Shown here: positions 46,374-57,200 of the stretch, in pieces
Layout of the letters: each line of letters opens with the position of its first letter
Position numbering within the stretch: the first letter of the stretch is position 1
Origin: a virus
Virus record (IMG/VR): IMGVR_UViG_3300012982_000018
Location: 2,423-66,422 of that record
DNA: 64,000 bases
Reading direction: 5' to 3' (one strand)
Translations under genes and position numbers: made by a program
The notes under the pieces: model-generated
Database searches by the model: none
Seen by the model: only the letters and a program-made list of their open reading frames with translations
What the model was told of the DNA's origin: nothing

Positions 46374-48458
46374 CTAAAATCCCGATCCGTCTCGTCCATC
46401 GCTACCATCGCCTATCAAGAATGGAGGAAGCACATTATAGCTTGATCTGTTCTTCGCGGCTTGCGGATCTGCCGGTGTTGTAGGGATTATTGTGTTCACT
46501 GATGACGGCGATGATTCCGTATTGCCAGGATAATGCGAGATACTAGACATAATCGGTAGCGGAGTATTCAACTTCATCCCCGATAGTGCATAAACAGCCC
46601 CTGCCAGTGCATCTGCACAGTCCTTGCTCCCGCCTGCTCCCGCAGGGTGGTCAACCTTACCTTTAATCCAATTTACTTGAAGTTTACGTAATTCTTTTAG
46701 TAAAGGAGGATAGTCATAATAGATGACCCTGTTCTCATATAGAGCCATTTTTAGAGTTTCATATGGATCCATTTTTTTATCTATGGACTGGTAGACCGCA
46801 TTGTATCCCTGAGCGGACAGCTGCTGTATTGTATCCGTAGACTGATGCCCATCAATTGTGATAGATGTTATCGTGTAGCCGTGCGCACTAAGGTCATAAA
46901 CTATTTGCCTATTATCGGCCAACACTATTTCTCCTCCAACGGGAGGAACAATCTGAAGAACAAAGTCTACAACATATACAGGCGCCCTTTCCAGGTATTC
47001 TGTGCCGTCCGGTGCTCGCCGCTTTACATCCTTCCATCCGCCGATATGGGCCATGCACACACCAGTGTTATCGTTATTGATAGAAGGATCGAAATGTATT
47101 GCCCGACTTGCCGAAGGATTTAGAATCGGAACCGTCTTTCCAGTGTAGTTCGATAAACCTGTAGACGGCGCCATCGCGGGCCGGACCATTAGGTCCCAAC
47201 GGAACGAACCCCCCTTAGAGGAGTCGTAGGATATAGAGCTGAAAGGATGGATCCTAGTAGAGTCGATAGCATCTACGATCTTCTCACGTCTTTGGATGAA
47301 AGGTGTGACGCTTAAGGTCGACACGCCCCCCAAATCTCTAAGAGATCCCTCAAGATCTCGCTCAAAATCCGCTCTGAACTCCTCAGGGACATCAATGATG
47401 TAGCTACCCTCTGGCAAGTTCGCCTTTACCGAGTAAAGTTCTTCTTCCTTCTCATCTAGAATTCGAGAGAAAGTGGCTTCACTGCCAACTAGGACTTTGA
47501 ATCGCCCATTCGCATAGGCTTCCGGCTTTACGTCCCATAGCGCGAAATCTGCACAGAATATATGAGGATCTCCGGACTCTTTGGCCTCGCGAAGCCTCTT
47601 AGCGGTAAAGTCGTCTTCAGTCTGTTTAGAGGATACAAGAAATAGAATGCCCGGAAGCTTACCGCGGCGCTCGAAACGAGATTTCATACGACGCTTGATC
47701 AGAGTGTATATGGTCTCTGCGCGGTCTACATTCGCATTAGCGCCTTGCCGCGCCGATCCTTTGTTCCTGTTTAAGAAGTTACTTTCGTCGATAATGCCTG
47801 CAATGATGTTCAAACCTAGTGCGGACGTATCTGTAGTAGCCCGCGCAGTTACCCATATGTTGTTAGGAAACTTGATTTCCTTCTTAAGAATTTCAGGTGG
47901 AAAGTTCTCCTTGAAATAAGGGCTACCTGCTAACTTTACGGCTATATTCTCTAGAACTACTTTGATGGCCAAACCTTCGTTAACAGAGAGGCTAGCAATC
48001 GCAATCTGCGATTTATCTGCCAATCCGAAGGACTTTTGCGGATTCTTCATACATGAAAGCTCATAGATTGTTCTAATTAAACCTACCGCCGCACAAAATG
48101 TCTTGCCACTTCCGATGGATCCTGTAAATATAACCTCGTGATATATTCCACCCTCGAATAATTCAGATAAAACTTCTCTCCATTTTTTGTATAGGTCTCC
48201 ACACGTATCTCCGAGATAGTAGGGGTCTTCGAGAAATTGCTGCATGCTCACAAGCGGCGTCTTGTACTCCGCCCTCGTAAGCGCATTGAGAATAGTGGCC
48301 TCCTCCGTAGCGGATTCGGATGTCTGCAGTTCCTCCATCATCAATCTGAGGGTTTCCTGCTCTTCGGGCGTGAGAGTCTTAAGCTCTTTCTCAAGAGCCT
48401 TTCTCATCTCCTTTTCGGTCTGAATAGACCAAACGCGGCCATCCTTCTCGTAGATCAA
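46374..48458 (-). CDS. terL: Terminase large subunit
   Basis: Walker A GSIGSGKT, Walker B IIDE, nuclease HFDPS...and KDCADALAG; directly upstream of portal. Confidence 0.9.
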   Translation of the reverse strand: MIYEKDGRVWSIQTEKEMRKALEKELKTLTPEEQETLRLMMEELQTSESATEEATILNALTRAEYKTPLVSMQQFLEDPYYLGDTCGDLYKKWREVLSELFEGGIYHEVIFTGSIGSGKTFCAAVGLIRTIYELSCMKNPQKSFGLADKSQIAIASLSVNEGLAIKVVLENIAVKLAGSPYFKENFPPEILKKEIKFPNNIWVTARATTDTSALGLNIIAGIIDESNFLNRNKGSARQGANANVDRAETIYTLIKRRMKSRFERRGKLPGILFLVSSKQTEDDFTAKRLREAKESGDPHIFCADFALWDVKPEAYANGRFKVLVGSEATFSRILDEKEEELYSVKANLPEGSYIIDVPEEFRADFERDLEGSLRDLGGVSTLSVTPFIQRREKIVDAIDSTRIHPFSSISYDSSKGGSFRWDLMVRPAMAPSTGLSNYTGKTVPILNPSASRAIHFDPSINNDNTGVCMAHIGGWKDVKRRAPDGTEYLERAPVYVVDFVLQIVPPVGGEIVLADNRQIVYDLSAHGYTITSITIDGHQSTDTIQQLSAQGYNAVYQSIDKKMDPYETLKMALYENRVIYYDYPPLLKELRKLQVNWIKGKVDHPAGAGGSKDCADALAGAVYALSGMKLNTPLPIMSSISHYPGNTESSPSSVNTIIPTTPADPQAAKNRSSYNVLPPFLIGDGSDGRDGSGF

Positions 48459-49186
48459 GAGTCATCCTCTTCGTCTATAGCTTCCGCAGCCATATGTTCA
48501 AGCGAAGGCTCTGCCTCGGTTGAGGCCTCTTCGACGACTTCTTCGGCTTCCACATCAATAGGCTTCTTCGTCAAAGCTAGAAATTGCTGCGCGATCCCCA
48601 GCAGTTTCCTGCGAGACTCTGGATTCTCCATTACTTTGACGACTTCGGTGTTGTTATAGCGATGTTGAACATCCGCCATTACACGAGCATCTACATCGAT
48701 TTGTCCGAGGTGCCGTTTGGATAGACCCAAGTCCATCTTCAGTTGCGCTATGGCCTGCAGGATGTCCTTCGCTTGCTTTATTTCCTGCGGCATCGAAGTA
48801 AGTAGCTTGCCAATCTTTTTCTCATTGTTGAGGTCGATCTCAAGACGCTCCATCTGCTTCACATAGAGCTTCTGCATCTCCTCCAACTCGTCTATGGATT
48901 CTCTGACCTTATTCGCGGCCTTCGCAAATACTGGAGGCATCCGGCGACCAATCAATTCCGCCTTTGGAATCGTTTTACGGTAATCGTCCAACAGCCATAC
49001 CAGGCTTTCACGCTTGATTTCCGTGTACTCTTTTTTGTCTTCCTGAATGAAGTGCGCCACTTCCTTCAGGGGGTAGCCCTCACAAATCATATTGTGAGCC
49101 TCCTGGAAGCACTTCATCGCCCGAAACTTTACGAAGTTAGTTCCTCGGCTTACAGGTCGTACCGGACGCTTTTTGGGCATTTCCAT
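48455..49186 (-). CDS. Probable terminase small subunit
   Basis: HTH-like N-terminus (EGYPLKEVAHFI), helical middle, overlaps the terL start by 4 nt. Confidence 0.6.
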   Translation of the reverse strand: MEMPKKRPVRPVSRGTNFVKFRAMKCFQEAHNMICEGYPLKEVAHFIQEDKKEYTEIKRESLVWLLDDYRKTIPKAELIGRRMPPVFAKAANKVRESIDELEEMQKLYVKQMERLEIDLNNEKKIGKLLTSMPQEIKQAKDILQAIAQLKMDLGLSKRHLGQIDVDARVMADVQHRYNNTEVVKVMENPESRRKLLGIAQQFLALTKKPIDVEAEEVVEEASTEAEPSLEHMAAEAIDEEDDS

Positions 49187-49200
49187 GTATGTCTATTGAC

Positions 49201-49229
49201 AATATACACGGAATATAAAGCCATGTCAC
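49201..49229 (-). promoter_or_regulatory. Sigma70-like promoter candidate for the packaging/head operon
   Basis: GTGACA-N17-TATATT upstream of 49186; overlaps the palindrome TATTGACAATA (49194-49204). Confidence 0.45.
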
Positions 49230-49275
49230 ATTTTCAATAGAAATTACTTCGATGCGAACATATGTCGCTCGCCAT

Positions 49276-52200
49276 TTACTTATCCGCCCACGTAGGTGCA
49301 ATATTTCCATCGCAAACTACCGGAACTTTCTTTAGAAAGGGCTGGATGCCCTCTTTCATGCCCTCTTCCAGGTCATGTTTGACCGCTTGCATTAGTTCCG
49401 GCTCGTCCTGGACTTCGAGAATGATTTCGTCGTGAACCATATGAACCATCTTCGCCTTGCCTTCGTATTTCTTCAATCGCTCATGAACACAATGCAATGA
49501 GCGTTTAAGTCCGTCCGCTCCTGTGCCTTGGACAGGCTGATTGTAGAATTCGTTATAGGCATCCTCGTCCATGAACCGGCGCCTTCCTCCGATCGTTCGC
49601 GTTTCCAATGTTCGCTTTCCATCCCGAAGAGCACGTTCGTGCCAAGCACTAATCGCCGGATAGCCGTCGAAATACCGCTGCCAGAACTTCTTCGCCTGAG
49701 CGAGGGTCATCGAAACGCCATAGTTGGTCTGAGCGTATATAACCAGCTTAGGAGGCATGAGACCGTACATGAGTCCGAAATTTATGCAATTATGCGTAAC
49801 ATAGATATTAGCTATGTACAAGTGGTCTTCTGTCTCAAGAGATAAGTCTATACACTGTGCCTCACCTAAAGGCACCACTTCGAGAATACAGTCTTCCAAT
49901 TGAGGCATAAACACTTTAGGCTCTCTGAGTCTTATGTTCTTACCTGGATGTCTAATGTAAGGTAGAACCTTAAAAGAGTCCGCTATAGTTAGCGATACTC
50001 TATAGTATAACTTTTCGTAAGTTTTGTTGTATGAGGGCTCTACCGAAGGTGAGAACCCACAGCCGTGCAGTAGTGTGCACAGCTGTCCCGCGAAGATAGG
50101 ATCTTTTGTTGTCACACTAAGGGTCCCGCTGCTCACAGTACCGTCCGTATCGCATAGCCCGCCGAAAAAGTGCATGAAAGCTTCCTTTCCAGCAGAAACG
50201 ATCCAACTAGGCACTCTGAATAACTTACTCCCTAAAACCCCCTCAACCAAACCCAAGCCCGCCAAGTAGCGCATGACTGCTCTGCTCCCCAGATAGACCT
50301 GTTCATCCCTGTTTACGGGTGTAAGCCCAATGTCTGTAGACGCCTCGTGCAATATCTGCTGCCAATATTTGTAAGGGACACCTAATTCATCTGTGTTACA
50401 GACGTCTCCATGAGTTAGTGCTACACTATGATCGCTTTGTTTTGCTCCGTCTCCTACAAACAATCCGGCAAAGTAGGCATGTTTGTGCGTAGGAATGCAA
50501 GCTAAGGGCGCTACGTCCTCCGACAATCGTATATACACAGGCTCGTAGCCGTAGTCCCCTAGCTTGAGGTCTGCTGTTTGCGCTGTTTTCAGCTTCTGTC
50601 CTTTCTTCAGATCCTTGGCGGCCACAAGAGAGCCATCTTGCAATTGTAATCTATGGGTCAGCGAACAAGTAATGAGCCCTCGTCGGGTTACAATCGTGAC
50701 TAGGGGTTTGACTCCTCCATTATATAAACTGTGCGCTCGCCCCACTCCTTTAGGAGTGGCAACTACTACATCAATGTCCGAGAACGCATCTTCCGCGCCT
50801 ACACGGCCTAAAGATCCGATAGTTTTCGGACGCCCGTTCACCCACACATAAGTATCCGGATGGACACACTTTGCAACTTGTCTTTCGTCTTTTGTTACAG
50901 CGTCAGGGCTTTTTTCCTGAACAAGTGCTGCAGTTAGTGCGTGGATATCCTTGTTAGCGTTATATGCAGATACTAAAGTAGGATCCCTGGATATTTCAGC
51001 CACTATCCTTAATTCGATCTGAGAGTAGTCCGCAATGACCAGTTTCGTTCCCTGTTCCCCCTTGAAACAATTCCTGAACTTTTTATCTCGTGGCAGCTGT
51101 TGAAGGTTCGGATTGCTCGAATTATGAACGATTATACCGTCGATCATAAAACACTGCGCTTCTTCTACTTCGATATCACAAGTTTCTTCTTCCAGAACAT
51201 ACTCGATACTTGTTACTTCGAAAGAAGTCAGCCCGTAATCATTCGCGTATCGAAGAAAAGCATTCGTCTCGGAATCTTCGTATAGAACGTCCTTCATAAA
51301 GGACAAGGCTTCTGCCGTAAGGTGCTGCGTCGCCTCCCCGCATAAACGCCACGCCTTGGTTTGCTCTTTGGTCGGTCCATGCCAGTCGTGCTTGGTCTTC
51401 AGTTTTTGATAAATCGGACTGAGATCTAACCACTCCGGCTTTCGAATCCCGGAGGCTATACCTCCTGTCTTCTGTATATCGGCAATTCTTGCCATTTTTC
51501 TTGTAGACCAAAATCCTATGTTAGCCATGAATATGCTTACAGATTCGGTACTGACCGTTAGAGTGTGTATTTTCAAGCCAACGTACTTAGATATTTTACC
51601 TTTGACGTTGAACGTGCTGTCGCGTGTAAGTGCGTTCTTTCGGTACTGGATACCAAAAGCGGATAGTAGTGTAGCCACTTCATCAATAAGCCGGGCGCTC
51701 GCCGAGCGTAGAGAAGGCACTCCGCCGCTGCTGGTGCCGTCGCCTTCAAACAATCCGCGTAGAAATGCGGCCTGAACAGATCTAGGGCTTGTAAAGATTT
51801 TAGGAGGGACTCGCTTTTCATGCGAATAGCCTCCACACCCTGAAGAAAGCAACCAAGCGCTGAGGGGCAAACTGTTGAACGAAAGTGTCGCACTAGGCGG
51901 CAAAGAGTACCGACCTCCAAGGCCCGCGCCAAAACACGATTTGTACTCCGCAAGCAGATAATCGCTTAGATCTTTTTCCTCATCACCAAGGGCTAGTATG
52001 ACTTTCGTCGGGACACTAGTTCCAACAGACCTGACAGCTGTCCGCGCGCTACCTTGTCGTTTCGGGCGCTGCTTATTGAAGCCTATACAACCTTCAGCTA
52101 CATAATGGCCAAGTATAAAAGCTACACGTTCATCGAGATACTTGGGAAACCTGATCGGCTTTCTTCCGGTGTCCTCCGCAGCTTCGATCTCAACATAGTC

Positions 52201-53463
52201 AGTGGTGTCCGGCCCTGCTGTAGAAGAGCCGTAGAGACTATCTCCGATCACTATGTCTTTGGCGCGAAGCCATCGGCCATTTACCAAAACCTGGTGCTCT
52301 TTCGTACACAACAACGTACGATCGCTTTTAGTTTTAAAACGAAGTAGTCCCTGCTTACCTTTGTCCCACCAGTTAAGCACCCGTCTTGGCCCTATGGGGG
52401 TTTGAACCGTGTCCCCTCTTATCACTTCACCGATGGGAATAATTCCCCTTCCAGTAACAACCTTTGACTTTTTAGGGATGCACGAATAACGTCCGGATAC
52501 GAGGAACGGATAATAAGAAGTATGTATTCTTCCGGTCTTGGGATTTATGTGTTCAAGATAGTCCATGCCAAAGGATTTTACAGCCTGCGCAACCCCTCTA
52601 TATTCCAGTACGTCTTTAATGACCGGATACTTACCAGCAAGCATCGCTAGCGTGGTTTCTTTTGTGTCGGGAACTTTCATGCCCAACATTTGAAGTGACT
52701 TAAGCAATTGTTCCGGAGAATCCAAGTTGAAGTCAGGTTCGAACCCTGGAAGCGCGATCTGCGGTTTAGGTGCAGGAAGGGCCTGAATGAGCTTCTGCCT
52801 CAATCGCTCTTTTTCGACCATATTCTTCTGAGCCAGCGTCGTCCATTCCTCCTTATCCAGATAGAATCCATTGAGTTCCATTACAGCTTCTGGAATGATC
52901 GCGTTGAACTCAATAAGAGCTGTAGCATTGAGGCCACCTGCCGATAGCTTCGTCTTCAGACTGTCACGCAACCTTGGGATGAAAATAACGTCCTCGGCTG
53001 CATACATGTACTGCTCCTCAGAAAGCGGTCCAGACCAATCGGACCCGCCCAAGTCCGGAGCTTGGGGCCCCATATTCAACTCACGCGCGTACAGGTCGTA
53101 GAGGTTGTTTCCTACTTTTTTTCCATTAGTAATTATTGCACTAGCTCGATACGTATCGAAGATACGTTTGAGTTCCAATCCGTACTTGTAAAGTAGGAAC
53201 TTGGCATCGAATTTTAGGTTCTGCCCAGCTACGATCGCTTTCGTATCCTTGAAAGCCTGTATAATAGGATCAAGTGTTTTAGTATGAAATACGTCTATTA
53301 CATATACGCCCTTACCGGTATTTATCGAGCATATTCTAATCTCGCTATCGAGCGGAGAGAGACCTGTAGTCTCTAAGTCCATCGTAATTAGTTCAGTTTG
53401 CTGCATCTCGGCAGCAATGTGCGACAGCCGGTCGGCCGACCGAACCACTTCATAATCAAGCAT
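49276..53463 (-). CDS. polA: Family A DNA polymerase (3'-5' exonuclease plus polymerase) with two inteins (581 aa after splicing)
   Basis: Exo DLETTGL / QNLKFD / YAAED; SGRYS|SSNPNLQQ, DYSQIELR, AK|CINFGLMYG, VHDEI. Confidence 0.93.
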   Translation of the reverse strand: MLDYEVVRSADRLSHIAAEMQQTELITMDLETTGLSPLDSEIRICSINTGKGVYVIDVFHTKTLDPIIQAFKDTKAIVAGQNLKFDAKFLLYKYGLELKRIFDTYRASAIITNGKKVGNNLYDLYARELNMGPQAPDLGGSDWSGPLSEEQYMYAAEDVIFIPRLRDSLKTKLSAGGLNATALIEFNAIIPEAVMELNGFYLDKEEWTTLAQKNMVEKERLRQKLIQALPAPKPQIALPGFEPDFNLDSPEQLLKSLQMLGMKVPDTKETTLAMLAGKYPVIKDVLEYRGVAQAVKSFGMDYLEHINPKTGRIHTSYYPFLVSGRYSCIPKKSKVVTGRGIIPIGEVIRGDTVQTPIGPRRVLNWWDKGKQGLLRFKTKSDRTLLCTKEHQVLVNGRWLRAKDIVIGDSLYGSSTAGPDTTDYVEIEAAEDTGRKPIRFPKYLDERVAFILGHYVAEGCIGFNKQRPKRQGSARTAVRSVGTSVPTKVILALGDEEKDLSDYLLAEYKSCFGAGLGGRYSLPPSATLSFNSLPLSAWLLSSGCGGYSHEKRVPPKIFTSPRSVQAAFLRGLFEGDGTSSGGVPSLRSASARLIDEVATLLSAFGIQYRKNALTRDSTFNVKGKISKYVGLKIHTLTVSTESVSIFMANIGFWSTRKMARIADIQKTGGIASGIRKPEWLDLSPIYQKLKTKHDWHGPTKEQTKAWRLCGEATQHLTAEALSFMKDVLYEDSETNAFLRYANDYGLTSFEVTSIEYVLEEETCDIEVEEAQCFMIDGIIVHNSSNPNLQQLPRDKKFRNCFKGEQGTKLVIADYSQIELRIVAEISRDPTLVSAYNANKDIHALTAALVQEKSPDAVTKDERQVAKCVHPDTYVWVNGRPKTIGSLGRVGAEDAFSDIDVVVATPKGVGRAHSLYNGGVKPLVTIVTRRGLITCSLTHRLQLQDGSLVAAKDLKKGQKLKTAQTADLKLGDYGYEPVYIRLSEDVAPLACIPTHKHAYFAGLFVGDGAKQSDHSVALTHGDVCNTDELGVPYKYWQQILHEASTDIGLTPVNRDEQVYLGSRAVMRYLAGLGLVEGVLGSKLFRVPSWIVSAGKEAFMHFFGGLCDTDGTVSSGTLSVTTKDPIFAGQLCTLLHGCGFSPSVEPSYNKTYEKLYYRVSLTIADSFKVLPYIRHPGKNIRLREPKVFMPQLEDCILEVVPLGEAQCIDLSLETEDHLYIANIYVTHNCINFGLMYGLMPPKLVIYAQTNYGVSMTLAQAKKFWQRYFDGYPAISAWHERALRDGKRTLETRTIGGRRRFMDEDAYNEFYNQPVQGTGADGLKRSLHCVHERLKKYEGKAKMVHMVHDEIILEVQDEPELMQAVKHDLEEGMKEGIQPFLKKVPVVCDGNIAPTWADK
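49789..50868 (-). mobile_element. Second polymerase intein (360 aa) in motif B
   Basis: Starts CVHPDT, FAGLFVGDG and FFGGLCDTDG, ends VTHN, +1 Cys. Confidence 0.92.
51121..52482 (-). mobile_element. First polymerase intein (454 aa)
   Basis: Starts CIPKKS, block B TKEH, ILGHYVAEG and LRGLFEGDG, ends IVHN, +1 Ser. Confidence 0.92.
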
Positions 53464-53481
53464 TAGGCCCTCAAAGAGGAA

Positions 53482-53790
53482 TTACTTCACTTCAACAACG
53501 GCATTGGTTGTGTGTCGATACAACTTCACACCGAACAAATTCGCAAACTTAGGGATCAAGCTTTCAGATTTAGCACTAACAGCGAAAAAAGTAGCATTGG
53601 GTACTGTCTTTTCTGCTCCAGATGTTCCCCTAATCTTAGCCTCTTGAACGGCAATCCTTCGAACGGGTATGCCGTTCTTCTGGAGCCCCTGCAGAAAGGC
53701 CAACCCCGTTACTCTCTTCGTGGGGAAGACGGCAAAACACAGCTCATTGGCTTTGAGCTGCGATTGCACATTTACGGACGGGGTCGACAT
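53482..53790 (-). CDS. Hypothetical protein
   Basis: 102 aa, co-oriented and closely spaced. Confidence 0.55.
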   Translation of the reverse strand: MSTPSVNVQSQLKANELCFAVFPTKRVTGLAFLQGLQKNGIPVRRIAVQEAKIRGTSGAEKTVPNATFFAVSAKSESLIPKFANLFGVKLYRHTTNAVVEVK

Positions 53791-53833
53791 CTTTGAAGAT
53801 CAGCCTAGCTAAATCTTCGGCATCTGCCAGATT

Positions 53834-54265
53834 TTACACGCCATTTTCGGGGCGCCACTCTACTGTGGGTTCCAGCAAATCCTCTAGATAGAATCTTTGC
53901 AGATCATCTTCGGATCGTAACTCGTGAACCAATCGGTCGTAGTAGGGTATGTGGTCTTTTTGAGCATGCCAGTTCTCTAAGGATAGGACTTCTACCCTGT
54001 ACCGCATGTCTATATCGCCTTCTATTAAAAAGGCATAATCCCTTATGATAACATACTTTTCTTGAGAGTCCGAAATTCTCCCTACTATTTTGAAAATAGG
54101 TCTATCTTCATTCCATGTTACAAACGTGAACTCGGATAGCGGCGAAACACCACTAGGATTCTTGTCAGAGGTTTGTTGCTTGAATCCGACACCCACCATC
54201 GGGTAGACACCCAAGCTGTCTGTTATCGGTATGACCATGTAAGCTGTATTGAAATCTAAGCGCAT
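53834..54265 (-). CDS. Hypothetical protein directly downstream of the giant protein
   Basis: 143 aa, starts 4 nt after the 2409-aa stop. Confidence 0.6.
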   Translation of the reverse strand: MRLDFNTAYMVIPITDSLGVYPMVGVGFKQQTSDKNPSGVSPLSEFTFVTWNEDRPIFKIVGRISDSQEKYVIIRDYAFLIEGDIDMRYRVEVLSLENWHAQKDHIPYYDRLVHELRSEDDLQRFYLEDLLEPTVEWRPENGV

Positions 54266-54269
54266 AAGT

Positions 54270-57200
54270 TTAGTATCCTAAGGGTTTAACATATTTATCG
54301 TACACCTCTGATTGGTCCGTGGCCATAACTACGAAGTCCTCTACTGGGACGTTGTTTACTTCGTCTAGACCCGCCTCCTTAAGTACTTTTATGAGAGTGG
54401 CCCTGTTGCTCTCGGATTGGCAAGTCACACGTAGAATTCTGGACGCTGCGATGCCTTTCCGGAAACAAGTCTCGGACACCGAACTAGACTTACTAAGCAA
54501 TTCTTTAAGAGGCTTTCTCTTGGTCCAGTTGTGACCATATGAAGAAAAGTCATTGGCTGCGCCATAGGCGTCATGCTCGTAACCATAAGTATCCAAGCGA
54601 TCCGCCTCATCCGGCGGAATAATGAATTGATAAGGCCCCCAGTTGGATAGACCTTCTCCCGCCGTCTTTTCCAACGCGGGCTTCGTATAGATGCTATCCG
54701 CGCCGCCAGAACTGATGTCCTGTGCGTTCGAGGTATCCGTTGCCGCGTTCACTCCTGCGAGCGTGCGTTCGTAGATCCCGACCAAACCGTAGCGCAAGAT
54801 ATTTACAATACGGGAAGGAGTACCTGAAGCTTGATAAAAGAAACGTAGCGCCGGTTTCCCTTGTTTAGTTGTAGCAAGCGTTTTCCATCGACCAGGGAGG
54901 ACATGGCTCACATGTCCGGGAAGAACTTCCCTAGTTTCGATGCTGTTCATCTCTTCATCTGTCGTACCGGCATCCTTCAAGTATTCCTTGAGCTTAGTAA
55001 CTGTATAATCCGCCGGTTTGAGCATCCTCGACTTTGTTGGGTTCTTGTCCCAAAGAAGGCGTGCGAGCTTCATTACGGCTTGTTCTTCAGCCGTCGGATC
55101 TCGCATAACCTCTTTGGCCAGCCCCGGAGACATCTTATCCAATAGAGCCTGTAGATGCTCTATTGCTTTGCCCTCTTCAGGAACACGGATTCTTGCTACT
55201 ACAGTGCCTATATACGCGGCGTGGGACTTTTCAGAAGAAGGCACGAAAAATGATTCTGAGCCTTCATGATCCCACTTGATTGCCGAAGTATTGAGGTTGT
55301 GGCCTGGTTGTTCCTGAAACGTGTCTGTTGACGGATTGTAGGTTGCATACGGAAGACGCAATATAGTATTCGTTGCCCCCTTTGGATGAAATTCCGGCCG
55401 TAGTTTGAATGCGAAAAGGAGATAGGGCTTTCCATTGGAGTCTTTGAATTTCTTTGCTTTTACGACCTGCCCTTCGACAGCCGCGCCTCCGATATGGTAG
55501 TGCTTGCCCAAAAAGCCTAGTTGTTCCTCCGGCGCCTTCTTCAATTCAGAAGCGTTAGGTTTGACCGGCGCATGTACAGCCACGCTGGGTTTATACAGCG
55601 GAGTATCCGGAGTAGAAGGTAAGTAGTCGGGGGAGGTAGATTGGGGAATTTCTTTAGTTAGTTTGGCCGCCTCAAATGCCTTCTTGTCCACGAAGGCCAT
55701 CACATATTGGCTTCCCTGTTTGATGGGAACGTTAGGCATTCCCACTTCTTCAAGTACCTTCTTAAGCTTTTCTCCATGCCCCTTCGGGAATTTGATCGTG
55801 AGCTTGTTAGGATCGGTTGCCCCCGACTTATCGGCAAATGGAGAGGTCTTCCCGCCGTTCTGGCCTATGACTTGAATAGCTGTGTATGTCTCCGTCTTGA
55901 CTTTAGGAACTCCGGTGTCCCACCCCGCAGTAAAGGTAAACTTACCGTTTTTCCCTGTTTTCTTCTTGTACAGATCCGTTATGAACTTTTCAAAGTCCTT
56001 CTTGATCGTATTTTTACGATTAATTGCTTTCTGGATGAATAGCGCCTGGTCATGTATGTTGTCCTTGTAGAAGGACTTAGCATAGGGAGTGACCGCCTCT
56101 TCGTAGGTCTTGTTCGGCAGGTCTACGATTTTCTGAATGACGGGGGCAAGCGATGAGGGATCGAACTCGAACTTTCCATCCGCCCAGTCTTTCCAGAACT
56201 TGTTGTAGTAGGGGGCGCTCTCCCCGTACTGCTCGGCGTTCGGCGCATAATCAACACTGAGCTTGTCCGTGTCGATGTACCTAAAAGCCTGGTCCTTATC
56301 GACTCCTACAATGTGCCCGGCCTTCGTCTTGAGAAGGTTCGCTCCGTGCGAGTCGTGTTGTGAAAACAACCAGTCAAGAATGTGTTCGGACGCCACATCA
56401 ACGCGCTCCGCCGCAGTCAGCTCGGCGGGCTCGACATTCGCAAGATTGGCAGGAGATCCCAGATCGAGCATGGGTTGAATCGTCCCAATCTGGCCCTCAA
56501 TATCTACCTTCTTGATAGGTACGTGATGCGGAAGTACAGAAAGCGCTACCTTCGAAAAGGCTTCTGCTGCGTCTGAGGAGAAAGCCTTGCTGTTGCCGCT
56601 TAGCTTTATTGCGGGCTTAAACAGCCACTCGTTTCCTTCCTTATCTGAGTATATTTTCTTTTGGAGAGCGCCACCTAGGAACTTAGCATCCTTCTTGAAT
56701 GTAAAGTCCTTAGTTACATCTGGTATGCTGAGATTCTTGTAGTGAGGCAAACCGCCCGTGGTGGTGGCCAATTCGGCATCTTTTACGAGGTCGCCAGGAA
56801 GGTTTACCGGGCCCTTAGAGTTAATCGCTGCTAAAACCGCAGGGTGCACGTCTACCCAGTCCGGGCCGTAAGCATCCTTCAGCGCAGCCGTAACCTTGTC
56901 CCACTTCGTAGATGAGGGATCTCCGGAGTTCATGGTCTTTAGGAGATTGAACTTATCCGTTAGATCTGCGCCATACTTCTCATGCATGGCGTGCATCATC
57001 TTGACAAAGACTTCAGACCCTTTAACCTCCCCGAATTTCTTCTTTAAGTGCTGCCAAACCGTTGCCCTATTACCCAACAATGCATAGTCTTCGGGAGAAA
57101 AATCTCCTGTCTCCCCAGGCAAAAACGGATTGAAGTCGCTAGGCGTGCTTTTCTTCGCAGAAGGAGGAGTCGTCGCTGACGGTTCTCCAATAGGTTTGGG

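Noticed and set aside
46374-48458. Intein in the large terminase
   Set aside because: Checked because it is the usual phage target; no Cys-start/HN-end insertion or nuclease motif is present
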